From contig OX597833.1 in the NCBI GenBank assembly GCA_951406725.2, forward strand, positions 56,606,001-56,670,000: a stretch of DNA of 64,000 nucleotides. Reading direction: 5' to 3'. Positions 1-12,714 of the stretch are shown in pieces. Below the pieces are notes generated by a model that was given only the letters and a program-made list of their open reading frames with translations, made no database searches and was not told the origin of the DNA. This stretch comes from Octopus vulgaris (Eukaryota). Within the stretch, counting starts at the first letter, position 1. Each line of letters starts with the position of its first letter. Position numbers and translations under genes: made by a program.

Positions 1-146
1 ATGTATGCACAGGTACGCACACACACAAACTTACTTTTGGCTATCTTCTTTAGATAAATGTTGGAAACTAATATTTCTTAATCATGCAAGAAATTCAGAT
101 CATAAGTATATACGTAAATTCCCCACTACACACCCACACATAGATG

Positions 147-352
<206 letters not shown>

Positions 353-534
353 GTATATAAATTTAAATTTAATAATAAAGGGTGGAAAATTAAATATTAA
401 TTTGATTAATATCAATTTAACACCAGTGGTCTAGCATATAGAAAAATCTGAAGATTCAGAAAAATGTTATTATATATATATATAAACACGTTTAATGTGT
501 ATGTTCACAAGCGTATATGTGTGTGGTGTGCATC

Positions 535-870
535 ATCCGTTGATCATTTCATATCTGTTTTCCATGCTGGCATGTGTTGGACAGTTTGGCAGGATCTACT
601 AGGTGGTCTTGCTCCACTGTTTCAGTTCTGTCATGGTTTCTATGTATAGATACTCTTCTCAATCCCAACTACTTTACAGAGTGCACTGGGTGTTTTTTCT
701 TTGTTGTTGTGGCACCAGCCCTAGTGAGGTCACCTTCTAACGTACAAAACTAAAAAGCCCCCACCACAACTGAAAGGGAGAAAAGGAGAGCGGGAGGCAG
801 TTTTATGTGTGGTGTTGAGAGCTTAAAACATGATGGGAGGAACAGAAACAGGCTTATTGTTGAGGAGGAA
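535..870 (-). mobile_element. Old, degraded SINE-B-type element
   Basis: tttccatgctggcatg...tttctatgtatagatactcttctcaatcccaac is a diverged match to the SINE-B 3' part seen at 10923-11060. Confidence 0.5.
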
Positions 871-890
871 ATTCAGGATCCTCCTCCTGC

Positions 891-891
<1 letters not shown>

Positions 892-946
<55 letters not shown>
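892..946. repeat. (TA)n microsatellite
   Basis: Direct observation. Confidence 0.95.
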
Positions 947-949
<3 letters not shown>

Positions 950-1399
950 GTGGGCAGAGATGAATGTAGCAGTGCCAGAAAGAGAGATAAAGATGGTAAT
1001 GATGAGGTGCTAGAAGATACTCTTGAAGTAACATGCCCAAGAGGTGAACAGAAGAGAGCATGGAGAAAGAAGGGTCAGGAAGGGTGAGTAATGGTTGCAA
1101 GCATATGGGTAGCAATAGTGGTGGTGTCAATTTGTATGACTAAAATTCTCCAAAGCAGTGCCCCAGCATGGCTGCAGTCTCATGACTGAAACCAGTAAAG
1201 ATAGAAATAGGAGTGGAGGTGGTCAAAGTTACATACAACTAGTGGGACAATAAGAATGAGGGATGAATGTCAATAGGGGATGATCCAAGGGAGAAGGAGT
1301 GATAACTAGTAGTACAAAAAAGGGGAATATATATATGCATACGTGTGTATGTGTGTGTGTAGTAACAAGTTGTTTTCATTAATTAGGATAAAAGGGTAA

Positions 1400-1620
1400 A
1401 GCTCTTTCCCAAGCAATACAGACTCATAGCGATGGTTTCCCACAGGATGGGATGCTGGTCAGTTGTAGGAATAGTAATTTGTGCTAGCTGAGTGGACTGG
1501 GGCAACGTGAAATGAAGTGGTTTGCTCAAGAACACAATGCATCACCTAGTCCAGGAGTCAAAACCACAATCTTATGATCATGATGCTGACACCCTAACAA
1601 CTAAGTCACACACCTTTCAT
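1400..1620 (-). mobile_element. Degraded tRNA-derived SINE (SINE-E type)
   Basis: agctgagtggactgg...ttgctcaagaacacaa...ccctaacaactaag matches the minus-strand copy at 33090-33417. Confidence 0.55.
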
Positions 1621-2242
1621 TAATTACAACAGTTGATAGAAGAATGATGGAAGGATAAGAGGTAGGGAGATGAAAGAAAGGAGGAAGAAGCACATGTAGA
1701 TTTGGTAGGGACATAGAGTGATGGACCCAATTATGTACATACACATTATGCTTTCCAAACATAAGTTTTGCACAGAGAGAGAGAGAGAGAAGGGGTGCAA
1801 GGCAGACATAGATATGTTAAATATATACATAAAAAAGAGGATCCCTATCAGTTTGTGATAGAGATCTCTATCAGTCGTGAGTATTCCAGTTATTTGATCA
1901 GCTGAAGTGCCTAATCATTGAATTAAGTGACTGAATATTCCACAGACATTTGTATCCTTAACATAATTATCAGGCAGAATCAGAATCAGCAAGACAGCAC
2001 TTCATAAGGCTGGTCCTATGAATTACAGGTACACTCTATTCCACAGGCTTCAACAGTGTCTGTTTGATAATTTCTCTCTTGAAGTTTGTGGCAGCCTAAA
2101 ATTATGGTGAAATACACTTACGCAAGATGCCATGAGATTGAACACCTAGGACCTCATAACTGCAAACAGAATTTTTTAACCACTTGATGCACCAAACATT
2201 TCGGCCTCTATCCATACACACACACACACACTCATGCATGTA

Positions 2243-3365
2243 CAGGGGTTGGACAAAATAATGGAAACACCTAGCATCATAATTTTGAAATGTCTATAAA
2301 ACTGTCAAAAGCTTGTTTATTTTTATGTTTTTTTTTGTGTTGCTTAATATGTTTTGCTAAAATTGCTGTTTCTTTTCAGATATCATCAGAAAAAGTTAAT
2401 TAAAATTCATTAAAATGACAGATCAATTGAACTTTCAAAGAAGCCAAATTGCTGGTGCTCGTATGGCAGGTGCTAGCGTAATGAAAACAGCCAAAATGTT
2501 TGGTGTATCAAGAAGTACTGTCTCAAAAGTAATGACAGCCTTTGAGAAAAAGGGAAAAACCTCCTCATCGAAATAAAACTCCAGAAGAAAACCAAAACTT
2601 TCAGACACATGAATTGAGGGCTGCAATCAGAAAACCACTACTTTCAAAAACAAATGCAAAGCATTTAGAGTGAAGTAAAAGCCTTCAGAATCGGTCCCTA
2701 GAGCAGTGGAAGAATGTTATTTTCTCGGACAAGTCATCCTTTACCTTATTTCTGACCACTGGCAGAGTATATGTGTGGAGACAGCCAAAAGAAGCATTTA
2801 ACCCAGACTGCCTTCTTCCAACTGTTAAACATGGAGGAGGGTCTGTGATGATCTGGGGTGGTGGTGGCTATATCTTGGAAATCCACCAGCCTAATGGTTT
2901 CCCTTCATGGCAGAATTAATAGTCAAGACTATTTAAGCATTCTATCGGGTCAAATTCATCCTATGGTTGCGGAACTATTTCTGGAGGGTAACACAATCGT
3001 TTAGGATGATAATGCACCAATTCACACAGCTAAAGTTGTTATTGAATGGCACGAGGAACATTCTAGTGAAGTTGAACATCTTATCTGGCCACCACAGTCC
3101 TTAGATCTTAATATTATTGAACATTTATGGCGCATTTTAGAAAAACAAGTAAGGAGTTGATATCCTCCACCATCATCACTACAAGAGCTGGTGACTGTTT
3201 TAGCTGAAGAATGGACAAAAATTCCTTTGGAAACAATTCAAACTTTGTACGAGTCCATACCTCGTAGAATTCAAGCTGTAATTACTTCCAAATGAAGTCC
3301 TATCCCATATTAAGATAAATTTGTTTTAAATTTTAAGGTGTTTCCATTATTTTGTCCAACCCCTG
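2243..3365 (+). mobile_element. Tc1-like DNA transposon with both ends intact and an internal deletion
   Basis: Perfect 30-bp TIRs CAGGGGTTGGACAAAATAATGGAAACACCT at 2243-2272 and 3336-3365, TA on both sides, decayed transposase inside. Confidence 0.95.
2415..3313 (+). pseudogene. Tc1-family transposase pseudogene with DD36E spacing
   Basis: Reads MTDQLNFQRSQIAGARMAGASVMKTAKMFGVSRSTVSKV (HTH), WKNVIFSD, TVKHGGGSVMIWG, DDNAPIH...WPPQSLDLNIIEHLW, with several in-frame stops and indels. Confidence 0.9.
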
Positions 3366-3807
3366 TATGTATGTATGTGTATGCATGTATAAATATATAT
3401 ACACACACATACATGTATTTATGCATGTGTGTGTATGTACTTATATTAAGATACACACACATACACACACACACATATATATAGACATACACATACACAT
3501 ACTTACACATATATATTTATATACATTCATACATACATACACACACATATGAATTTTTTTTATCATGACATGAAAATTTAATCTGAAATATCTTCAGTTG
3601 CAAACAAATTAGAAAAGTGTAAAGGTGAATAATTGGTGAAGTAGCATCTACCCAGCAGAGTATTTTTTTTACTATAGTTGTTGTAAAACAGTCAAGGAAT
3701 TACATGGAATTATAACTATTTCTGTAAGAAATAGGAGAAACAACAAACAACAAAATCTCTGCTGGAAAAGTGTTGAAGCTCTTTCAAAGCTTTCTAGCAC
3801 GGAAAAG

Positions 3808-3824
3808 AAAATAGAAAGAAAGAA

Positions 3825-3855
<31 letters not shown>

Positions 3856-3962
3856 TGTGTGTGTAAAGTTTAAGTAATAAATTCACTTTTAGTGGGAGTG
3901 TTTAGCTGTAGAGCTGCTGCTGCTACTGCTGCTACTGCTGCTGTTGCTGTTGCTGCTACTGT
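3808..3962. repeat. Compound (GAAA)/(GA)/(GT) and (TGC)n simple repeats
   Basis: Direct observation. Confidence 0.85.
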
Positions 3963-4130
3963 TGGGTTGCGAGAGAAGAAAGCACAAACGCAAGTCCATA
4001 AGATCAGTTGACTGTGATATATGATATGATGTAGCTGCTGTAAGAAAAGCTACAGAGAAAGAAAGTTAGCAGAGATAGCTTTACAAGTGAACATGGTACG
4101 GATTTTTTTAATATTTGTCTGCATCACAGA

Positions 4131-4131
<1 letters not shown>

Positions 4132-4187
<56 letters not shown>
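4132..4187. repeat. (AAT)n microsatellite
   Basis: Direct observation. Confidence 0.95.
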
Positions 4188-4190
<3 letters not shown>

Positions 4191-5137
4191 TTCCCCTCAG
4201 AAATCCACTTCAGAAATGTAATCAAGTCTCACAATGAATCGGAGTCTCTTACATAGAACAAAGGCAGAGAAGCAAAATATATTGTAACTACAGTTAGCTG
4301 CAGTTGATTGCAATAATTGGCATTGCATTCCAGTGTTGTGTTAAAGCAAAATGTAATGCTAGATTGTTATCAAATGTCTGATATTCAAGCATTGAATAAT
4401 AGCATATATTTATTTCTTGGCTGGGAATTTAGTGCAGATATATGAGCATCCAGCCATATATGTTATGATCTTCTAGTTTGCTGTCTTGTGGTGTTGAGTT
4501 GAAATCTCTCAAAGGTCAACTTAACCTTTCACTACTTGATGTTTGGCAAAGTAACTAGAAGTAATCTTTGGGCCATAGTTTGGATTAGAAGTAACAGCTG
4601 TCCTTTGAGCTGTAGCTAGTGAAAGAGGAATCTTTAGGTCATATTCCATCATGTTTTGAACGTTTATATATTTTTGTTGCATTTATTAAAGAATCAGTTT
4701 GTATCTGAAAATATATTTAGCACTGTTCAAAATGAGCTTCGGGGTAACTAAATATTTGAAAATGTTAGGTAATGTTTTGTTACTGAGTTTCAAATGTGAT
4801 GAAGATCTAGGTTAATAAATCAACAAAATTGATACCTAATTGTAAATAAGGCTGATTACTCTTTCTACTCTTTCAATATTGGCTTCAGCAACTCCTTTTC
4901 ATATATGTGATGGCAACAAATGGGAAAAACAAACTAACAAACTACACCTCTAGTCCATTTACTTCATCTTAATGAAGTTGGCATGAAAAAGATCATGAAA
5001 ATTGCAATAAGCAATAGTTACTAAAATAATTACAAACTCAAAATTAATGGCAATATAAGGTAAGGAATTAACTTTGGAGCAAAATTGAAGTTTTCTTAGC
5101 TATTTGTGGATGCAATAGGCATAGGATTTAATGTCTA

Positions 5138-5500
5138 CTAGCACTATGACCCAGCATTGCCGGGTCATAGTGCTAGTGCATGCATATACAGCTGCGTGCG
5201 TGCACACATACACGCGAGTACTGTCCAAATCTCAGACCAATCACATACAGCTAGCTGGCATTCAATTGGCATATCAAGTTTCAGGCATTTTGATTGGGTT
5301 TTGGATAGAAAATTCACAAAAAAGTCACTTCTATTGATTTTTAATGGCTTTGCAGAGTGACTGAGGAAATGTAAAGATGTGCATGACCACCCTTGGCCAG
5401 TTTTGAATGACCATAGAAAGTGCAAGCCCTTTCACTGAAAAATTGTGGATTTGTATAAAGGACACACACACAGACATTTTGCCGTTTATATATATAAAGA
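5138..5500 (-). mobile_element. Non-autonomous Helitron, family H1
   Basis: On the minus strand it begins A|TC..TATATATAAACGGC and ends in a hairpin plus CTAG|T, with no TSD. Near-identical copies at 17517, 21380 and 56596. Confidence 0.85.
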
Positions 5501-5504
5501 TAAT

Positions 5505-5700
5505 ATAGGTGCAGGTATTATGTAGTTAAGAAGTTCACCTGGTAGCTATGTGTATTTGGGTTCAGTCTTACTGCATGGTACCTTGAATAAGTATTTTCTA
5601 GTTTCTTACTTTCATCCTGGGATAACCAATGACTTGTAAGTGAATTTGGTAGACAGAGACTGTAAAAAACCTGGTGTGTGTGTTTATGTGTGAGAGAGAG
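5505..5700 (+). mobile_element. Old SINE-A-type head
   Basis: gggttcagtc...tgaatttggtagacagagactg followed by (TG)n; diverged. Confidence 0.55.
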
Positions 5701-6459
5701 AGAGCGAGCATAAGTATGTTTGTGAATGTTGAAATTTTATGCTTGTCTGCTCTGAAAATTCAAAGACCTGCAGAATAAAAAAAAAATCTTTTACTTGAAA
5801 AGCAGGTAAATGTGGGTGATAGGAAGAGAATCGGCCATAAAACTCTGTCTCAAACAACTCCCTGTCTAATTAATGTATGGTGTAAAAAAAAAATCTCTAA
5901 ATGAATGAATGGGTTTTTTTTTAATGTCTCCTTGAAAAAGGCCAATAATAGGAATACATGAAAGTTAACTTGAATTATCGTTAGTCAGAAAATATTACTA
6001 CTGAGAAATATGTACATAAAAACATCCAAGAGTGGCTCAAACTGATCTTCAACTGCATCACCCAACAGTCTGAGTAGGCTTGCAAAGACCACAGGTAGTA
6101 CTGCCTCTCTTGTTATGACTAACTAATGAATAAAAAGATCTACTGCATGTTTTAAACAGTGAAATGCAGAACAAACTAAATGACACTGGTAGTGGATTTG
6201 AACTCAAAACCTATGAAGCAGGTAGTCTAATATCTTTGCTGCAGGACAACTCTAATTGAACAAACCTATGATCAAAGATATTCCAATCATGCTTTATTCA
6301 AAGTTACCTCCTTTTCAAGTAAAAGATTTTTTTTTATTCTGCAAGTCTTTGAATTTGCAGAACAGACAAGAGTAAGATATCAACATCCACAAACCTATAA
6401 TCAAAGATATTCCAATCTGCTTTATTTAAATTGTGTATCAACGACAATGTTATCTTTTA

Positions 6460-6720
6460 TGTGTCGGTGGCACATAAAAAACACCATCTGGGCGTGGCCG
6501 TTCGCCAGCCTCGTCTGGCACGTATGTCGGTGGCACATAAAAAGCACCCACTACACTCACGGAGTGGTTGGCATTAGGAAGGGTATCCAGCCGTAGAAAC
6601 ATTGCCAGATCAGACTGGCCTGGTGCAGCCTTCGGGCTTCCCAGACCCCAGTTGAACCGTCCAACCCATGCTAGCATGGAAAGCGGACGTTAAACGATGA
6701 TGATGATGATGATGATGATG
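6460..6720 (+). mobile_element. SINE-B (GGAAGGGCATCCAGC core, (GAT)n tail), 5'-truncated
   Basis: High identity to 10923-11410 (reverse) and 48855-49210; ends gcatggaaagcggacgttaaacgatgatgat. Confidence 0.85.
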
Positions 6721-7740
6721 GGGTGGGGGGCAAAGTAGGGTAAGATAGATTTGAGGCAGATTTGGCTGCTATTTCTAACAGTTTATATGACCATAGAAAT
6801 CTCAATTTCTACTGAAGCTGGATGTTCAGTTGAGCAATTTTTTTAGTATTTCTGTTTATCTCCTTTTAGTTTGATGGTGATTAATTTCGAATTGAGAATA
6901 CTAGCTAATGCGGGTCAAAACATGTATTGGCTGAATTCACCCAAATGAAATTATAATGGTATATTTTTCACTGCTGGGAAATCAAAAGACTGAATTGAAT
7001 GAGTTATGTATCTATATATATGTTAACGCAGACAACTTATTTCCTTCTAAAATAACCGCCAGGAGAAATACTTCATAATACCAAGACAGATATTGCATCT
7101 TGTCTTGAGAGATCATACATACAATAGTCTGAGAGGTAAGTTTGATGGTAAACAACTTAGTCAGGCAAGAGTAACTCAGAAACAATGTGTTTATATGAAA
7201 TTACTACAAGTGAAATTAGGATTTATAAACAGATTAAGTAAATATTCTGCCAAAGTTTTAATGCTCTTGTTTTCAGCATGTTACTTTACGAGATAATGGC
7301 CTCTTCATTCTGAACACAAAAAACAACAGAATATACTTACACATCGTGGTATAAATAAAATTAGCATAAAGTCTCTTTACAAATATTTGTTTACATAAAC
7401 ACTCTTGCATGTATAGCACAAGCAACATTTCTCCTAGTCTGTTAGATGGTATATATTTCTACTTAATAAGTATTCTCTAAGTTTTTAAACATACACACAC
7501 ACAAAAATCACCTCCATCACTACAATCAATTTAATGTCTGTTTAGGTAGGATAAATTTACAATACAGCACCCCTTTATGTATTTCAATCTTGTTTTATCT
7601 CATGTGAAAGCCTAACTCTTCATTATCAACCAAGCACATATTCATTCATTCATGCCAATACAAGTGAGGATGTTGTGTACCAGCCTCAGGCCAGCCCTTA
7701 TCAAGCAAACCTACAATCAATGGCATTCTACTCATGGTTT

Positions 7741-7952
7741 TACTCTTTTGCTCTTTTACTTGTTTCAGTCATTTGACTGCGGCCATGCTGGAGCACCGCC
7801 TTTAATCGAGCAACTCGACCCCGGGACTTATTCTTTTGTAAGCCCAGTACTTATTCTATCAATCTCTTTTGCCGAACCGCTAAGTAACGGGGACATAAAC
7901 ACACCAGCATCGGTTGTCAAGCAATGCTAGGGAGACAAACACAGACACACAA

Positions 7953-8006
<54 letters not shown>

Positions 8007-8168
8007 GACGGGCTTCTTTCAGTGTCCGTCTACCAAATCCACTCACAAGGCTTTGGTCGGCTCAAGGCTATAGTAGAAGACACTTGCCCAAGGTGCCACG
8101 CAGTGGGACTGAACCTGGAACCATGTGGTTGGTAAACAAGCTACTTACCACACAGCCACTCCTGCGCC
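7741..8168 (-). mobile_element. tRNA-derived SINE-A, full length
   Basis: Minus-strand head GGCGCAGGAGTGGCTGTGTGG (A-box-like)...GGTTCAGTCCC (B-box-like), central (TA)/(TG) microsatellite, (GAGTAAAA)n tail; about ten copies in the window. Confidence 0.92.
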
Positions 8169-8279
8169 TACTGTTTGCATGCTTTTTTTTTTTTTTTTTA
8201 AATATAGCATACCTAAGATTACTTTAGCCAATGTGTCCTTCCTTTCTAAAGTGGTAGAGTCTGATTGAAGAGTTATTTG

Positions 8280-8445
8280 GGTGCTGAGTGACCATACAGA
8301 AACACTTTCGTTGGTTCATAACTAACATGTTTTGACCTTTGGATACATTGGTAACCCTTCTGTTTTTTGAACAAGTTTGATTCAGTTTGTCTCTCAACCT
8401 CATACTGCACATCCAGTAAACCACATTCATCTCATTCTTCACTGA
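8280..8445 (-). pseudogene. Possible RTE LINE C-terminal remnant
   Basis: KNEMNVVYWMCSMRLRDK resembles the RTE ORF motif E.EMRM.RWMCGV.L.D. Confidence 0.35.
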
Positions 8446-10134
8446 TTGTTGCAAATCTTTAGACTATTTCTGGCCAAGCTGCATCATATCCCACCGTCAA
8501 AGTACAAGTCATATGCTAGAATTTCCACATGGAGAGAGAATCTTTTCTTACGGCTCCCAAATCAGATTGGAGCCTGGTGCAGCCTTCTGGCTCACCAGCC
8601 CTCAGTCAAACCATCCAACCCATGCCAGCATGGAAAGCAGACATTAAACGATGATGATGATGATAATGAGAACAAACTATGTAACCTGAGGTGTAAAGAT
8701 ATATCTGCTACGTGTAGAAAACAATGAAGCTTTGAAATGTTTCTCCTTATTTGTGCTTTGTAGGTTACACTGATTACACAACATATTGAGTCCTTATTCA
8801 CTCCTTTCCTGCAGATTAAACAGTCATATTCTTGTTTAGTTTCACAATTCCTACAACTGACTATCTTTTCTTTGACTAGTCTGTTCTTGTCAAACTGTCC
8901 AGACCATGCCAGCATGGAAAAAAGGACATTAAATGATGACGATGATGATGATGATGATGCTGATGATGATATATAATAATGAAATATAATGATGGCTAAA
9001 ATTAAAGAAGATGTACATATTAAGATAAATATATGCATATTTTAAAAACATCTTCTCCAGATATAAGCTCATGTTTTTATCAATTGCAGTAGTAAAATGA
9101 CAGGTGTGAAACCTTCATTAGCAGAGAATGAAGGGGAAACCTGGACAGGAAATTTCTGCTTTTGTTGATGAAATATAACAATTAATACCGGATCAATTAA
9201 TGTTTGTGGGATACATGGGAGAACATTTTCAAATGATATTTACACTAATTTTAGTCAGACACTGACTTGTAAGTATATTTTATAGTTTTTCTTTAAAATG
9301 AAGAGACCATTATTTAGTAAGCAGTTACAAAACAACCCCCAAAACTAAAATCTTTCTCTCCAGAAGCAGAAAACACTTCAGCTCTGATCAACTGCTGATC
9401 CACTACAGAGCTTAAAGTTGTAAATAATCAATATATAAATACCCAACGAATGTTGCACAAGTATTATTCTCCTAGAGAGAATTACAGGAACTCACGGCAA
9501 ACTTAGATCTCTTAGATAAGGAATAACCAGAATTGTGATTTTGATGTATCATATTGGAAATGTAAATTTGGATGTTGATATGAATTCATACATTCTTTCT
9601 ATGTAATTAAAAGTATGATAACGGAGCCAATCACACTGAATGTGTTTTCTCTTAGTAAATTTTTCTTGTCTTCAATAAAGTAATCATTATTTCCTCCTTT
9701 CCATGCTACTTCCACTATTGATTTCCTATTACAAACTTAATTTTGTAACGTGTGCCCCTTATCAAGAAATACATTTTTAGAAACAATTATTTTTGGGAAA
9801 TCCATAAACTTGGGCATGCACATACATGCACACACACACACTTCTAGGTTTCAGATTTTTGCCAATATATTTGCTGAAGCACTTGGCTAATTATGAAATA
9901 TATATTAGTTTGGTCACACTGTCTGCAACATCTACGATGAAGGAATACTTGACTTCCAAACTGTGGCTTATCATATGGTAGCTGAATACTCAAACTTCTT
10001 ACAAGTCAAGAAATTCTAGAAAGATATCTTAAGATTATTTATGACATGTTTTGGGGGGTTTCCTAAGCTATTTAAGCAATAAAATGTGACAAGTTGTTTT
10101 CAGAATCAAGTGGATATCAAAAGTAATATATCAC

Positions 10135-11506
10135 AAGGTGCTTGGACCAAATTGAATACTTTTTATGTCTCCCTTTTTCAGGAATGGCTTGATGTATTGG
10201 TGGTGGACAGTCAGCAGCATTGAAGAACATAAATATTGAAGTTGTAGTTCAGAAAAAGTTAGCCAACATGGAGGACTGAAAACCATCTGAATATTGGTAA
10301 AAAAAGTCAGCTGTATCATGATGATTCATGGTGGGTATCAAAATGCCGAACTGCTGCTCACTTGCTCTGTGAAAACTGTAAGGTGTGACATGGACAGCTG
10401 CAACAGAGACTATGAAGCTGTGGCCAGCAGGAAGGGACACAGCAAGCATTCTGACTACTGTGTTCACATGTCAGAATTCATCCCCACATTTTTGAACAGG
10501 GCCTTAGGCTCAATTCAGATGGCTATGGGAATCTGCTGGAGACTGTGGTTAATCAGTGATTGGAGAGGTGTTGCCACTGGAAGGCTATATTTGTGGCAGC
10601 AAAATTAGATTCCTTGCTAAACCTACGGAAAGCATCAGAAGTGGTTGTCAGAGAATTTATAAAACTTCAACAGCCCCAATTTCTGGCCTCTTAATTGTAA
10701 TCCCATGGACTGCTATGTGTGGGGCATGGTTGCAAAAGAACTCTGCTTGCAACATCAAGACCAAGCTCATGGCCAAGATCGAGTAAGTGTTCAAAGATCT
10801 TCCCAGGGACACAGTGAGGAATGTATGTGCCAGGTTCTGGAGTTGTCTTGAGGTCATGGTGAAAACTAAGGTTGACTACTCTGTGTAAGCTATAATCTCC
10901 CAGCCATAATCATCATTTTTTTCATCATTTAACGTCCGCTTTCCATGCTAGCATGGGTTGGACGGTTCAACTGGGGTCTGGGGAGCCCGAAGGCTGCACC
11001 AGGCCAGTCAGATCTGGCAGTGTTTCTACAGCTGGATGCCCTTCCTAATGCCAACCACTCCGAGAGTGTAGTGGGTAATTTTATGTGCCACCGACACAGG
11101 TGCCAGACGAGGCTGGCGAACGGCCACGCTCAGATGGTGTTTTTTATGTGCCACCGACACAGGTGCCAGACGAGGCTGGCAGACGGCCACGCTCGGATGG
11201 TGTTTTTATGTGCCACCGACACAGGTGCCAGATGAGGCTGGCGAACGGCCACGATCGGATGGTGTTTGTTGCGTGCCCACAGCACGGAGGCCAGTCGATG
11301 CGGTACTGGCTACGGCCACGTTCGGATGGTTTTCTTGTGTGCCACCGGCACTGATACCACAAAGATACAAATTCCATTGATGTTCATCTATTTTGATTTG
11401 TTTTGATTTTCACTTTAGTTAATATTTCTTGATTTTTTAAAAATATTTTTATTTTAGGATGGGATATTGTGTTTTCTTCTGTCAAATTTAGCCCAAACAA
11501 TATGCA
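10135..11506 (+). mobile_element. Decayed mariner/maT-like DNA transposon interrupted by a SINE-B
   Basis: Transposase fragments GRLYLWQQN, FWPLNCNPMDCYVWG and LPRDTVRNVCARFWSCLEVMV at about 10570-10880; weak terminal inverted similarity near 10135-10156 and 11483-11506. Confidence 0.6.
10923..11410 (-). mobile_element. SINE-B with internal ~63-bp tandem repeats
   Basis: The (CAT)n tail is at the left end; the unit ttatgtgccaccgacacaggtgccaga...gatggtgttt starts at 11081, 11144 and 11206, followed by a diverged unit. Confidence 0.88.
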
Positions 11507-12037
11507 TATATATATATATAGTTAATTTTTATGAAGCTTATTTTGAACCACCTTCTTGACTTGGACTCAACAATTCTAAGTGAATCAACGATGCAAGACA
11601 AACCGAAAATTGCTAGTATTTGGTAGCTTTTTAAAGCAATTTAGCCAAAATATTGTGAATTTATAGATTTATTTTAGGTATTAAAAATACTGGACAAAGC
11701 TAAGTTGAGCTACTAGTTGTAAATAAGAATATAATGAGTACATGTCTGGAGAAAAACAGAAAGCAATACAAATAAGTTCCTATTCAATACATACAAACAT
11801 ATTTTGGGTATTAATAATTCTCGTCAAGGCTATGTTGAGCTACTAGACCTCGTTCACAATCTCATTATAAAATTATAATAAGAATGTGTCTGCAGAAAAA
11901 AAAACCCAGAAAATAACAAGAATCAAATCTAGTGAATTTATGTATATAAGACCCCATTTAGTACATACAAGCCATTGTATCAACAATCTTAGCGTGTTAA
12001 TATATTGATTACAACAACAACAGACGCCACCGCTGCT

Positions 12038-12101
12038 ACCACCACCACCACCACCACCACCACCACCACCACCACCACCACCACCACCACCACCACCACC
12101 A
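12038..12101. repeat. (ACC)n microsatellite
   Basis: Direct observation. Confidence 0.95.
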
Positions 12102-12117
12102 CTGCCACAACCACTTC

Positions 12118-12327
12118 CATCATCATTTTAATATTCACTTTTCCATGCAGAATTCATTGAAGCATATTTTCTATGGTCAGACGCCTTTCCTGTTGCCAAC
12201 CCTCCAAGCGAGACATGCTTTCATAGAACATTGGAAATGAAGGGCATCACTTGTGTGATGGTGATGCTTGTTAACACATACCATGCAATGTCAAGGAAAC
12301 ACACATACACACACCAACATACACATA
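12118..12327 (-). mobile_element. Body and tail of an old SINE whose head now lies at 13914-14056
   Basis: catcatcattttaatattcacttttccatgc...cctttcctgttgccaacc followed by an (AC)n tract that was split by the young SINE-A. Confidence 0.55.
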
Positions 12328-12714
12328 TACTCTTTTACTTGTTTTAGTCATTTGACTGCAGCCATACTGGAGCACCGCCTTTAGTCGAGCAAATCGACCC
12401 CAGGACTTATCCTTTGTAAGCCTAGTACTTATTCTATTGGTCTTTTTTGCCGAACTGCTAAGTTATGGGAACACCAGCATCGGTTGTCAAGCGATGTTGG
12501 GGGGACAAACAGACACACAAACACATATATATATATAAATATACATATATACAATGGGCTTCTTTCAGTTTCCGTCTACCAAATCCACTCACAAGGCTTT
12601 GGTCGGCCCGAGGCTATAGTAGAAGACACTTGACCAAGGTGCAATGCAGTGGGACTGAACCCAGAACCATGTGGTTGGTAAGCAAGCTACTTATCGCACA
12701 GCCACTCCTGTGCC
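12328..12714 (-). mobile_element. tRNA-derived SINE-A, full length (parent of the array)
   Basis: Matches the other SINE-A copies end to end. Confidence 0.92.

Noticed and set aside
3880-4095. Plus-strand first exon ending ATG|GTACGG
   Set aside because: Plausible shape but a weak donor, with no downstream partner exon identified.
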